IMG/VR virus record: IMGVR_UViG_3300017910_000855 | Location: 1 to 54,565 of that record | Length of the DNA: 54,565 nucleotides | Reading direction: 5' to 3' (one strand) | Source of the DNA: a virus | Lineage: Duplodnaviria; Caudoviricetes | Shown here: positions 9,566-21,000 of the stretch, one piece after another | Numbering within the stretch: the stretch's first letter is position 1 | Layout of the letters: each line of letters starts with the position of its first letter | Notes under the pieces: generated by a model | Told to the model about the DNA's origin: nothing | What the model saw: only the letters and a program-made list of their open reading frames with translations | The model's database searches: none | Program-made: the position numbers and the translations under genes

Positions 9566-10699
9566 ATGGAAATTAAAGTAAGAGCAGTTGAGGGAACTGA
9601 ACAAAAATCCCAAGCAGAAATAGAAGCAAAACTATTAGAAGATGCCGAAGCTAAAAATGAGGCAACTAACGTGGAGAGAGTGGAAGTTAGCAATGAGAGT
9701 TCCACCCCCACAGAAAAGCAAGAAAGTGTACAGTCGGAAGACGAAGCACCAAAAGAAACAACTCAACCCTCAGAGTTAAAAGAGGAAGACGTTCTTTCAT
9801 TTATTAAGAATAGATACGAAAAAGAGTTTACGTCTGTAGACCAACTGTTTGACCAAAAAGAATCAAACGAGGAACTACCCGAAGATGTAAAGGCTTATTT
9901 CGAATATAAAAAGACTACAGGTAGAGGAATGGATGATTATGTAAAACTTAATCGAGATTTTTCTGCTATGGAGGAAGACCAACTTTTGTCTGAATATCTT
10001 ATTTCAAGTGGCGAAGCTACAGACTTAGAAGATGTAGATGTCCTGATGGATGACTACAGATTTGATGAAGAGCTTGACGAGGAAAAGGATATAAAGAAAA
10101 TAAAGTTGGCAAAGAAAAAAGCTATTGCTAAAGCTAAAAAGTTTTTTACGGAGCAAAAGGAAATGTATAAACAACCCCTTGAGTCAAGCACGGTTGGAGT
10201 TTCTGAGGAGCAACAAAAAGAACTTGATAGCTATAAGCAGTATTTAGCTGAGGCTAAAAGCAACCAAGAGGAGTTGCAAAGAAGAAGAGATTGGTTCGTC
10301 AATAAGACGGATGAAGTATTTCAGGATTTCAAAGGTTTTGATTTCAAGATAGGAGATACTACTTTGACTTTCAATCCGGGCGAAGCTGATAAGATTAAGA
10401 GTGCTCAATTGGATACTAATTCTTTTATAAAGAAATATGTAGACGAAAAATCAGGACTTATAAATAATATCAGTGGATACCACAAAGCGTTAGCCGTAGC
10501 AATGAATCCGGACAAATTTGCTTCGTTCTTTTATGAGCAAGGCAAAGCTGATGCAACGGAAAGTGTAACACGTAAAATGAAAAATGTCGATATGACAGAA
10601 CGTAAAGCACCGCAGTTGTCAAGCCGTAAGGATGGTTTGCAAATTAGGTCTATTTCCACACCGAGTGGAAGAGGCTTAAAGATTAAAAGTAGAAAATAG
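9566..10699 (+). CDS. Probable capsid scaffolding/assembly protein
   Basis: Acidic N-terminus, helical, located between portal and major capsid genes. Confidence 0.65.
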   Translation: MEIKVRAVEGTEQKSQAEIEAKLLEDAEAKNEATNVERVEVSNESSTPTEKQESVQSEDEAPKETTQPSELKEEDVLSFIKNRYEKEFTSVDQLFDQKESNEELPEDVKAYFEYKKTTGRGMDDYVKLNRDFSAMEEDQLLSEYLISSGEATDLEDVDVLMDDYRFDEELDEEKDIKKIKLAKKKAIAKAKKFFTEQKEMYKQPLESSTVGVSEEQQKELDSYKQYLAEAKSNQEELQRRRDWFVNKTDEVFQDFKGFDFKIGDTTLTFNPGEADKIKSAQLDTNSFIKKYVDEKSGLINNISGYHKALAVAMNPDKFASFFYEQGKADATESVTRKMKNVDMTERKAPQLSSRKDGLQIRSISTPSGRGLKIKSRK

Positions 10700-10729
10700 T
10701 AAAGTTTAAAAATTTAAAAATTAGAAATT

Positions 10730-12220
10730 ATGGCAGGTAATTTTACAGGTCCCGGTTTTGACCTTCAGCCATCGGCACAACAGGTGCCTTTGAGCACAAA
10801 CTACATCCAAAATTTCGACTTCTTGAATCAGTATCTTCCTGATACATATGAAAAAGAATTTGAAAGATATGGAAACAGAACGATTAGTTCGTTCTTGAGA
10901 TTAGTAGGAGCAGAGCTTCCTTCTAATTCAGATTTAGTAAAATGGGCAGAGCAAGGTAGGCTTCACGTGAAGTATACAGAGGTTGGTTCGGCTGCAGCAC
11001 AAGGTGCAGCAGAAGCAGTATTCCAAATTAATGACCCGGCTGCTCCGGCAAACACGGTAACTACAGGACAGAATCCATTCTCAGCACAAGGCGGTATCGC
11101 ACTTAGAGAAGGACAAACTGTTGTTGTACACCAAAATGACGGTTCAGGCGAGAACAAAGGAATCGTAACTGATGTTGACCTAACTGTTTCTCCAATCACT
11201 GCGACTGTTGCTTTTTATGAAGCAGGTGGTCTTGTGACTGCAGGTACAGGTGCAGGTAACTCAGATGTAACTATCTTTATCTATGGTTCTGAATTTAAAA
11301 AAGGAACTGTTGGAATGGATGGTTCACTTGAGTCTGATGACTTCATTTTCGAAAACTCTCCAATCATTATCAAAGATAAGTATGCAGTATCAGGTTCTGA
11401 TATGGCACAGATTGGTTGGATTGAAGTTACAACTGAAAACGGAGCAACAGGATACCTATGGTATATGAAGTCTGAGCACGAAACAAGACTACGTTTCGAT
11501 GACTATCTTGAAACTGCAATGGTAGAAGCAGTTCCTGCTGAAGCAGGTTCAGGTGCAGCTACTGCAGCGACTAACCCTAACTTTGGTAACAAAGGTTCAG
11601 AAGGTATCTTCTACACAGTTGGACAAAGAGGAAATCTTTGGACAGGTGGTGTGCCTGATGCATTAGCAGATTTCGATACTATTATCGGAAGGCTTGACGC
11701 TCAAGGTGCGATTGAAGAAAATGTTATCTTCTTGGATAGAGATTTTGGTTTTGCAATTGACGATATGTTGGCTGCTCAAAACTCTTATGGTGCAGGTGGT
11801 ACTTCTTACGGATTGTTTGACAATGACGAAGAAATGGCACTTAACTTAGGATTCTCAGGATTCCGTAGAGGATATGACTTCTATAAGACTGATTGGAAAT
11901 ATCTAAACGACCCAACAATGAGAGGTGGTTTAGCAGTTGGAGCACCCGGTGTTGGTGGTTCAGGTGCAATCAACGGTCTTCTTGTTCCTGCAGGTTCTAC
12001 ATCTGTGTATGACCAAGTTCTTGGTAAAAATGCTAAGAGACCTTATCTACACGTAAGATATAGAGCTTCAGAAACTGAAGATAGACGTTATAAGACTTGG
12101 ATTACAGGTTCTGCAGGTGGTGCAGCTACAAGTAGCTTAGATGCTATGGAAGTACACTTCCTATCAGAAAGATGTGTTTGTACAATGGGTGCAAACAACT
12201 TCGTACTGTTCGAAGACTAA
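10730..12220 (+). CDS. Major capsid protein
   Basis: 496 aa; QYLPDTYEKEFERYGNR, WAEQGRLH, GFRRGYDFYKTDWKYLND; followed by a terminator; position in head module. Confidence 0.88.
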   Translation: MAGNFTGPGFDLQPSAQQVPLSTNYIQNFDFLNQYLPDTYEKEFERYGNRTISSFLRLVGAELPSNSDLVKWAEQGRLHVKYTEVGSAAAQGAAEAVFQINDPAAPANTVTTGQNPFSAQGGIALREGQTVVVHQNDGSGENKGIVTDVDLTVSPITATVAFYEAGGLVTAGTGAGNSDVTIFIYGSEFKKGTVGMDGSLESDDFIFENSPIIIKDKYAVSGSDMAQIGWIEVTTENGATGYLWYMKSEHETRLRFDDYLETAMVEAVPAEAGSGAATAATNPNFGNKGSEGIFYTVGQRGNLWTGGVPDALADFDTIIGRLDAQGAIEENVIFLDRDFGFAIDDMLAAQNSYGAGGTSYGLFDNDEEMALNLGFSGFRRGYDFYKTDWKYLNDPTMRGGLAVGAPGVGGSGAINGLLVPAGSTSVYDQVLGKNAKRPYLHVRYRASETEDRRYKTWITGSAGGAATSSLDAMEVHFLSERCVCTMGANNFVLFED

Positions 12221-12230
12221 TATGTTTTAA

Positions 12231-12267
12231 AAGGGGGAGTGTCTTCAAAGACACTCCTACCTTTTTT
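12231..12267 (+). terminator. Intrinsic terminator after the capsid gene; its stem-loop is palindrome copy 2
   Basis: GGAGTGTCT-TCAA-AGACACTCC hairpin followed by TACCTTTTTT. Confidence 0.8.
12239..12254 (+). repeat. 16-bp palindrome copy 2 (intergenic)
   Basis: GTGTCTTCAAAGACAC. Confidence 0.97.
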
Positions 12268-12293
12268 ATTGTTTAAAATTAAATCGATTAAAA

Positions 12294-13031
12294 ATGAAAT
12301 TTGAATTAAAAGATAGAGTTTACAAACTCACAAGAGACCGAGCACCTTTATCGTGTATTATTCCTTCACGAAGCTCACGAAACGCAGCCTTGTTATACTT
12401 TGATGAGGAAAAAGGAATTAACCGTGCAATAAGATATTCCATAAACCAAAAGAGTTGTTTTGAAGATGAACAAGACGGTAATGTTGTAGTTACCCCTGTT
12501 ATCTTTGAGGATGGAATGTTACGTGTTCCAAAAAATAATCCCGTATTACAAGAATTTTTACATTACCATCCTTTGAATGGTAGAAAGTTTGTAGAGGTAG
12601 ATTATGGTAAAGACGCACAGGAAGAGGTTGACCAACTTACTGCCGAAGTAGACGCATTGGTAGAAGCTAAATCTCTAAGTATAGAACAACTTGAAAACAT
12701 AGGAAGAGTTGTGTTTACTAAAGATGTTAGTACAATGACTACATCTGAACTACGTAGAGACATCTTGGTTCTTGCAAAGAAAAATCCTGAAGCGTTTTTA
12801 AATTTAATTTCTGACCCAAAACTAAAATTACATTCTACTGTACAACAGTTTTTTGACGCAAAACTTCTTTCATACAGAAACAAAAAGCGTGATGTATATT
12901 TTAACTTGGAAGGAAATAAAAAGAAATTAACTACAATTCCGTTTGGTGCTGACTCCATTGAGTATTTAGCAGATTGGTTTCAATCCGATGACGGTGTTGA
13001 CACATTAGTTTTTTTAGAGAAACAATTGTAG
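12294..13031 (+). CDS. Hypothetical protein of the head module
   Basis: 245 aa ORF with AT-rich leader, flanked by terminators. Confidence 0.8.
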   Translation: MKFELKDRVYKLTRDRAPLSCIIPSRSSRNAALLYFDEEKGINRAIRYSINQKSCFEDEQDGNVVVTPVIFEDGMLRVPKNNPVLQEFLHYHPLNGRKFVEVDYGKDAQEEVDQLTAEVDALVEAKSLSIEQLENIGRVVFTKDVSTMTTSELRRDILVLAKKNPEAFLNLISDPKLKLHSTVQQFFDAKLLSYRNKKRDVYFNLEGNKKKLTTIPFGADSIEYLADWFQSDDGVDTLVFLEKQL

Positions 13032-13051
13032 TGAATTAGTCTATTGTCAAG

Positions 13052-13082
13052 AAGGGGGGTTTAACGACCCCTCTTTTTTTTT
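13052..13082 (+). terminator. Intrinsic terminator
   Basis: GGGGGT-TTAACG-ACCCCT hairpin followed by T9. Confidence 0.8.
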
Positions 13083-13085
13083 GTG

Positions 13086-13093
13086 TATCTTTG
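13086..13093 (+). promoter_or_regulatory. Bacteroidota-type -7 promoter element TATCTTTG
   Basis: TAnnTTTG directly after the terminator, 18 nt before ATG 13111. Confidence 0.6.
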
Positions 13094-13110
13094 TAACAAA
13101 GTATTTACAG

Positions 13111-14070
13111 ATGATAAATTCGGTTAGAAACACAGTATTGTCTATACTTAATAAAAATAATTACGGATACATTTCTCCCTCTGATTTTAATTTGTTTGCC
13201 AAACAAGCACAGTTAGATATATTTGAGGATTATTTTTATCAGTATAACTATCAGCTTAATAAAGAAAACCAAAGAGCATCAGGTACAGGATATGCTGATA
13301 TTACTAAAGGTTATGAAGAAGTGATAAACATTTTTTCAGAAACCAAGTTTCTATTGCATAATGTAAATAACAAATTTTTTACACCAAGTTTAGTCACTAC
13401 AAATGATAACTATTATCTTTTAAATAAAGTATTAGTTTACACTCGACTGCTAACTTCAGGTGTAAATACCGCAACACAATTAGGAGCTTTAGTAGATAAC
13501 AATGCCAACTTTGTGGCAGCAGGAGTACAGGTTGGAGATATAGTGGGTAACACCACAACTAATCAAACTGCTTTTGTTTCTAATGTTACTATAAGTACAC
13601 TTATATTGGTAGATGAGTTAGGAAACGCTGCAAATATATTTGCCAACTTTCCTGAAGGCTATGTAATATATGATGATAGTGTTGTTAACGAAGCGGAAAA
13701 AGTAACGCAAAGTAAAATTACAATGCTTAACAATTCTTTGTTAACTGCTCCATCTACAATGTTTCCGGCATACACTCAGCAAGAACCTAATTTAACTTTA
13801 TTTCCTGCAAGTATAAATACTATCGGTGCAGTTCTGTGTCAATACATAAGGTATCCAAATGACCCCAAGTGGACATATGTTAACCTTACAGGTGGAGAGC
13901 CTACGTTTGACCAATCGCAACCGGACTTTCAAGATTTTGAGTTAACTATATCTGATGAACCTACATTGGTATTGAAGATATTGCAGTACGCAGGTATGTC
14001 AATAAGAGAAGTATCTGCGGTGCAGTTTGCTCAGGGATTAGAACAAAAAGAAGACCAAGACGAAAAATAA
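13111..14070 (+). CDS. Tail ring/tubular (head-tail adaptor) protein
   Basis: MINSVRNTVLSILNKNNYGYISPSDFNLFAKQAQLDIF N-terminus and YIRYPNDPKW resemble crAss-like ring proteins; start moved to ATG 13111. Confidence 0.65.
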   Translation: MINSVRNTVLSILNKNNYGYISPSDFNLFAKQAQLDIFEDYFYQYNYQLNKENQRASGTGYADITKGYEEVINIFSETKFLLHNVNNKFFTPSLVTTNDNYYLLNKVLVYTRLLTSGVNTATQLGALVDNNANFVAAGVQVGDIVGNTTTNQTAFVSNVTISTLILVDELGNAANIFANFPEGYVIYDDSVVNEAEKVTQSKITMLNNSLLTAPSTMFPAYTQQEPNLTLFPASINTIGAVLCQYIRYPNDPKWTYVNLTGGEPTFDQSQPDFQDFELTISDEPTLVLKILQYAGMSIREVSAVQFAQGLEQKEDQDEK

Positions 14071-14076
14071 TAAACT

Positions 14077-15000
14077 ATGCCTTATATATCACAATATCAG
14101 TATTACGAAAATGGTGGGAATGCACCCGAAAACGAAAATTGGGGTTCTTATCAATATGTTTCGTTGTACGATATAGTTAACAACTTTATGTTGATGTATG
14201 CAGGTAATCATTCTTTAATTAACAACGAGGAAAGATATAAGGTTTTATTTCACGCAAAACGAGGAATACAAGAACTAAATTATGATGCGTTTAAAGAAAT
14301 AAAAATTTTAGAACTTACTGTATGTAACACATTAAGATATGTGCTTCCATCTGACTTTGTTAATTGGGTTAGAATATCTGTATATAAAAATGGTTTGCTC
14401 TATCCTTTGACTGAAAACATACAAACAAATTGGAGCAGTGCTTATCTACAAGATAATGACTGTAGAATTTTGTTTGACCAAGACGGAAACGCATTAAGTC
14501 CTCAGTATTCAAACATAGATATTGATAGAATAATGGGTAGCAAAAAATCCATATACCTAAACGCTAACAATCCGTTTCACGGATATGAAGGGTATTGTTG
14601 TGATGGTATGTGGTATTTTGATTATGAGATAGGTTCACGTTTTGGTTTGAACACTGAGACGGCAAACGCAAACCCTACATTCAAGATTGACAAGAAAGGC
14701 GGAGTAATAAACTTTAGTTCTGATATGGCTAATCAAAGTGTTATTCTCGAATATGTATCTGATGGAATGGAAAATGGAGACAATACAGAAATCAGTGTAA
14801 ATAAATTATTTGAGGATTACATATATGCTTATATAGAATATGCCATACTTAACTCTAAGTTAGGAGTGCAAGAATACGTCATTGCAAGAGCAAAAAAGAG
14901 ACGAGCTGCACTTTTAAGAAACGCAAAAATTAGAATGAGTAACATACATCCGGGTAGACTCTTAATGAATTTAAGAGGTCGGGATAAATGGCTAAAGTAA
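14077..15000 (+). CDS. Tail ring/structural protein
   Basis: 307 aa between adaptor and muzzle genes; FHAKRGIQELNYD, LPSDFVNWVRIS, LEYVSDG. Confidence 0.65.
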   Translation: MPYISQYQYYENGGNAPENENWGSYQYVSLYDIVNNFMLMYAGNHSLINNEERYKVLFHAKRGIQELNYDAFKEIKILELTVCNTLRYVLPSDFVNWVRISVYKNGLLYPLTENIQTNWSSAYLQDNDCRILFDQDGNALSPQYSNIDIDRIMGSKKSIYLNANNPFHGYEGYCCDGMWYFDYEIGSRFGLNTETANANPTFKIDKKGGVINFSSDMANQSVILEYVSDGMENGDNTEISVNKLFEDYIYAYIEYAILNSKLGVQEYVIARAKKRRAALLRNAKIRMSNIHPGRLLMNLRGRDKWLK

Positions 15001-15001
15001 T

Positions 15002-18000
15002 ATGGCTAACGTACAAAGAAATTTTATAAAAGGTGTAATGAATAAAAGTCTCGATGAGAGACTTTTGCCTAATGGTCAATACGTTGACGCATTAAATGTA
15101 CGTTTAGGTTCTACAGAAGACTCTGAAATAGGTTCTGTAGAAAACAGTAAAGGTAACTCTAAACTTACCTCTCTTGAATACAACGGAAATGTAGTTGGTC
15201 AAACAGGTCAAGCCAAATGTATTGGTGCTTATGAAGACGGTGCAAATGAAACTTTGTATTGGTTTGTTCACGACCCTGATTTTCAATCGAGTCCTACAAA
15301 CAAAATTGATTTAATAGTTTCTTTAAATGTACAAACAAATGTATTGACATATCACGTTATAAGCGTGGATGATGGAGGTGGTATCAATACAACTTTAAAT
15401 TTTAACGACACTTATTTAATCACAGGAGTAAATCTTGTAGATAACACACTATTGTTTTTTACTGATGATTTGAATCCTCCTCGTGTAATAAACGTAACTA
15501 AAAACTATCCCAACCCTGTAGCATTAGTAGATGGCTTTACACCTAACTCTATTCTTGTTATTAAAAAACCACCATTAAATTCTCCTAATGTAGTAGCTCA
15601 ACCCACTTCTTCTCAAAACAATTTTTTAGAAGATAGGTTTGTTTGCTTTGCTTACAGATATAAATATGCAGATGGAGAATACTCTGCAACTTCACAGTTC
15701 TCAAATCCTGCGTTTCTGCCGGGTGCATTTGATTATAGTTTTGCAACAGGATTAAATGAAGGAATGTTGAACCTTGCTAATCAAGCTACCATAGAATATA
15801 ATTCAGGAGATGACTTAGTTGTAGGTATAGATTTATTGTGGAAGGATAATGCTACCGGATTAATACGTGTAATTGAAAAGTTAGATAAAAGTGTATTAGG
15901 GTTAATCAATAACACCAACTACACCTATACTTTCAGTAATAGTAAAGTATTTACAGTTTTACCTGATAGTGAGATTTTAAGATTGTATGACAATGTTCCA
16001 CGTTTAGCACAAGCTCAAACTATTATGGGCAATAGGTTAATGTATGGAGATTATTTAGAACAATATAATTTAGTATCAAAATCAGGCTTTCCTCTCAACT
16101 TAGATTATACGGTAGAAAAAATATCTAATGATGTTGGGTTGTCTGAATTAGAAGATGAACTAACCACAGGTAACTATTTAATAAATGGTAACCAAACTGC
16201 AGACAATGCAATAATTACATTCAAAGATATAGGCTTACTTGATTTAAAAGCAGGTGCTGCTATAGACTTTACAATAGTTTTTGAGCACTTTGCTTTTACA
16301 GGTCAAGCACCTTTTCCGCAACAAACAACAGGACAGTCCGAGATAAACTTTCAATATGTTTTACCTCAAGATTTTGCAAGTGCTTTTGAACTCGCAAACA
16401 GTGTAGACTTTATTGAAAAGATTGGAACCATAACTAACATTGAGCCTGTAGCAACCGCTTGTGATGGAAGTACGTTTACAGATTTATTTAACTGTATTAT
16501 TCCTCAAACCTTAGACACTTTAGAAAAATATGAAAGCGGTATAGATGCGGTTGGAGAACCAATTAGAATTATTTCAAGTCCGGGTTCAGACGACATAGGG
16601 TTTCAGCTACCTGCAATGAGTTTTGTAGACGACCCTACCGGAGCAGCTATAACACAAACTGTATATGAATACTATAGCATAATAAGTTCACAAGGTACAT
16701 TCCAAGAATTAGGAGACCCAAAAAGTTTACATAGTAACAGAAGTTACGAGATAGGTATAATTTATATGGATGAGTTTAATCGTGCCACAACTGCATTGGT
16801 TAGCGATACTAACACCATTCACGTTCCGTGCTCTGATTCAGAATTAGCAAATTCAATTAGAGTAACTATACCTCCAACACAACAGGCTCCTGAGTGGGCA
16901 CGTAGATATAAATTCTGTATAAAAGCAAACAAAGAAAATTACTTTAATGTTTATTCTTCTTTCTTTTTTAGAGACCCTACAACTTCAGCAGATTACTTTT
17001 TATTAGAAGGTCAGAACTCTCGTAAAGTAGAAGAGGGAGATATACTTACAGTAAAAGCAGACACAAATGGACCTTTACGTAGATGTGCTAATGCAACAGT
17101 GTTAGAAAAGAAATCCCAACCTGCAGACTTTTTAGGAAATGAAGATGATGGAGCTCCACCTCTTGACCCAAGTGGTGCAATTATTCCTATACCGGCAGGA
17201 GTGTATATGAAGTTAAGAGCTAATGAGTTTTCTACTACAGTACCTGAATTACCTACAGTAAACTTTGGAGAAAAAAGTAGTAAAGGAAGTGGTTGTAGAA
17301 TTGTTCACTATCCTGTACAAATAGAAGACCCTTCCACTCCGGGTACTTATATTGATTACACTATACCGGCAGGTAGTAGAATTAGAATAGTAATTGACAA
17401 CTATAGAAGAGGTAATACAGATAAATTATTTGGTGGAGTAAGTAAAAAAATATGGTTTGTTGATGCAGACTTTACTGCTTCTCAAGATTATCCAAATTTT
17501 GTCGATTGGTTTAATGGAGACAATGTAGCATTGGCTTTACAACAACAAGGAAGTGATGAAGGAACAGGTGTTTCCGGACCAAACTACAACCCTGTACTTG
17601 ACGGAGGTTTATTGAGTTGTGAGACAGGTCGTATTTCTTGTGTGTTTGAAACTCCGGCAGCTTCAGGACAACCGCAGAATACTTTTACAGTAAAAAGCTC
17701 TAAAGGTTATTCAGGTAGTAATAAAAACGCAAGGTTAAAAGTAAGAATAGAGGTTTTAAGAAGCACTTCTTTTATTGCTTTTGAAACAGAACCTCAAGAC
17801 GCTCAACCTGATGTTTGGTTTGAAAGCTCAAAATCTTATGAAATTGCTCAAGCAAATAGTTGTGTATTTACATTCAACGCATCAGGAGCAGAAACAGGTC
17901 CTATACAGTTTGATTATACAGATTTAGCAGGACTTCCTGCATCTGTAATTTTACAACCGGGAACAAATCAAGAGGTAGTTGGAGAGTGTGGCTCTGCTTC

Positions 18001-21000
18001 TATAAACCCATCTACTCCGGCATCTCAACCAACCACAGTAATTACAAGTGCCACTCAAGCTGAAGGAACGCATCTTGGTAACGTACAAAATCAAACTACA
18101 ACAGACCCTGCAATTATAGACACCGCATTCTTTAACTGCTACTCTTTTGGTAATGGAGTTGAAAGCTATGTTATTAGAGATGCTATCGCTAAAAATGAAG
18201 TAGCTTTAGGAAACAGAGTTACATCTACATCTGCTCAAGACTATCAGGAAATTAGAAGGTTTTCAGATATTACATATAGCGGTGTATTTAATGACGAATC
18301 AAACGTCAACAAACTTAATGAGTTTAACTTAGGTTTGTTAAACTTCAAATCATTAGAAGAAACCTATGGTCCTATCTACCTTATTGATGGAAGGGAAACA
18401 GATATATTGGTTTTACAGGAAGATAAAATATCTTATGTTTTAACCGGAAAAAATTTATTATCAGATTCAACAGGAGGCGGAAGTGTATCTTCTGTACCTG
18501 AAGTATTGGGTACTCAGATAGCTCGTATAGAAGAGTATGGTATTAGCTTTCATCCTGAAAGTTATGCTAAGTGGGGAGCTAACAAGTTCTTTACAGATGC
18601 CAAAAGAGGAGCGGTTATTCAGCTCAAAGGTTCATCTGCACAAAACGAACAATTGACCGTAATATCTGAAGCAGGTATGCGTAGTTGGTTTAGGGATTTA
18701 TTTTCTTCATCTTTTAATACACAAAAATTAGGTGGGTTTGACCCATATATGAATGAATATGTATTAAGCTCAAACACTGAGTTTGTACCTGAAATTGTTG
18801 AATGTATTGATTGTGGTATATCAAGAACTGTTATAGCAACAAGTACACAAGATGTAAACTTCTGTGTAAATGTAGGTGCATTGGTTGGAGACTCAATAGT
18901 TACATATAATGTTATTGGTGCCAATCAAGATACCTTTGACATATCCGCTACGTATGACGGAACCACAGTAACTTCAGGTCCAACAGGAGTTTCAGGAAGT
19001 CTTACTGTAGTTAAAGATGATATTGCAGTTGATGAAGTAGAAATACAAGTTACCTCTACCGGTTCTACGCAATTAGAAATTACAGTCGAGTGTCCGTTTG
19101 CTCAAGAAATAACTATAATTCAAGTTTGTTACTCTCTTGATGCAGATGCCGGAGAGTTTATTCATAATGAATATAGATGGGCAGATGGAGCATTTAACTC
19201 TCCATTACAATCTGAGCAAGTAGAATTAGTGTCAGGTATAAGTAACCCACTTATTTCTCAATACTCACAAGTTACAGGACCACAAGGTGGAGGATTCATT
19301 CCGGCTGATGGTGCCACGATTAGTATAATATCCAACAGAATACCACCTATTGATGACTATGTATTTGACCCTGCAGTTGATGAGCTTAGGTATTTAAGAA
19401 CCAACACGTTCTTTGCTAACACTCCGAACGATATGGCTGCATTACTTGCTGCTTCAAACAATGCCACTCCGATTACAGGAGGACCAAATCAATTTGAAGC
19501 ACAATTTACTATGCCGTCAACTAATGACGAGTATTTGTATTTGATATACAATTATCGTAGAGCTACAGAAGTTCAATTGTGTGCAGGTACAAGTATATTC
19601 TCAGTGTGCTGCGAGTGTACTGAAGAGAATTTAATTGTAAGACAATGTCGTCAAGATTTCCCTGCGGTTAGCAATCAATATGTAATACCTCAAACTGCCG
19701 GTTTAGTTCCCGGAGTGTTTGTAACTATTGACCAAGCTGATTCAGATTGCGTGTTTGAAGTTATTACCACAACTATAGAAAGTGTAAATGCTGCGGTAAC
19801 GTCAGTAAGAAATGACATAACGGATTGTGATGAAGTTTGTCAGCAGTATATAATTACAAACAATAGCACAACAAGTACATTAGGTGCTACATATGTAGAC
19901 TGTGATGACGATGATGTTTCATTTGCATTACAACCTTTACAATCTGAAACGGTGTGTGCAAAAGTATTTAACATCACTCCCGGTCCGGGCATAGATTACT
20001 CTATAAGTCTACAGAACTGTGAATGTCAAACTCCTGAGCCACCTAATAATTTTGACGTAAGACAATGTAGATTAGATGGTGTCGTAGTAAATGAAGTTGT
20101 TTCAGGAATACCGGGTGTACAGACAGGCTCGTTTGTAACCCTTACTTCTCCGGCAGATTGTGTATATGAAGTGTTTGGCACTACAGGTCAACAACCAAGT
20201 GCAAGTATAAATCAACTATTAAACATTACATCTTGTACAGATGTATGTCAACAATACTCGGTATTTAACAATAGTCCTGACCAATCTCACGTTCTTGATT
20301 TCATAAATTGTGATGACGAAGGAGACCAAGTTACTATTGGTATCGGTCAAACAGTAGTGTTATGTATGAAGGATATTATTGGAACTCCTTCTACGGAACT
20401 TGACATAACTTTAGACAACTGTCTATGTAACCAAAACTTTTATGATGCTCAACTTTGTGAGATAAGTGCAGTCACAGATGTTCCTCTAAATGTTGACCCT
20501 CTTGTGGTGGTGGCAGACCCAACTAATCAATTAGCAATAGGATACCACGTATTTATTAATGGTTGTGCCTATGAAATACAAGCTACTTCAAGTGGTCCTG
20601 CAACCGCTACATACTCTTCGTTTAGTGCTTCATTTAATTGTAATGACGCTTGTAACACCTATGAGATAGATAATGTAACGGCATTCACGTGGACATTAAA
20701 CTATAAAGATTGTAACGGAGTTTCTCAAACTGAAAACATATCTCCGGGTACAACTATAGATAGATGTATAAGTGAATGGACAGGAGGACAACCTGCAGGA
20801 GTTGTGATTAGACATAAATCTTGTGGTTGTAATTTAGACCAAAACTTAGTTTTAAGAAAATGTAGACAAGATGGTGTAATTACAGAAGTTATTGCTCCGA
20901 ACGACACAGGTGCTATAGTTGTAGGAGATTTTGTTGTCATAGCAAGTGACCCTGATTGTCCTTATGAAGTGGTTAATGTAACTTTTGATTCTCCAAATGC

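Noticed and set aside
11334-11358. CTGATGA...GAAA inside the capsid gene as a fourth hammerhead
   Set aside because: The intervening CTTCATTTTC cannot form stem II, and the site is in coding sequence
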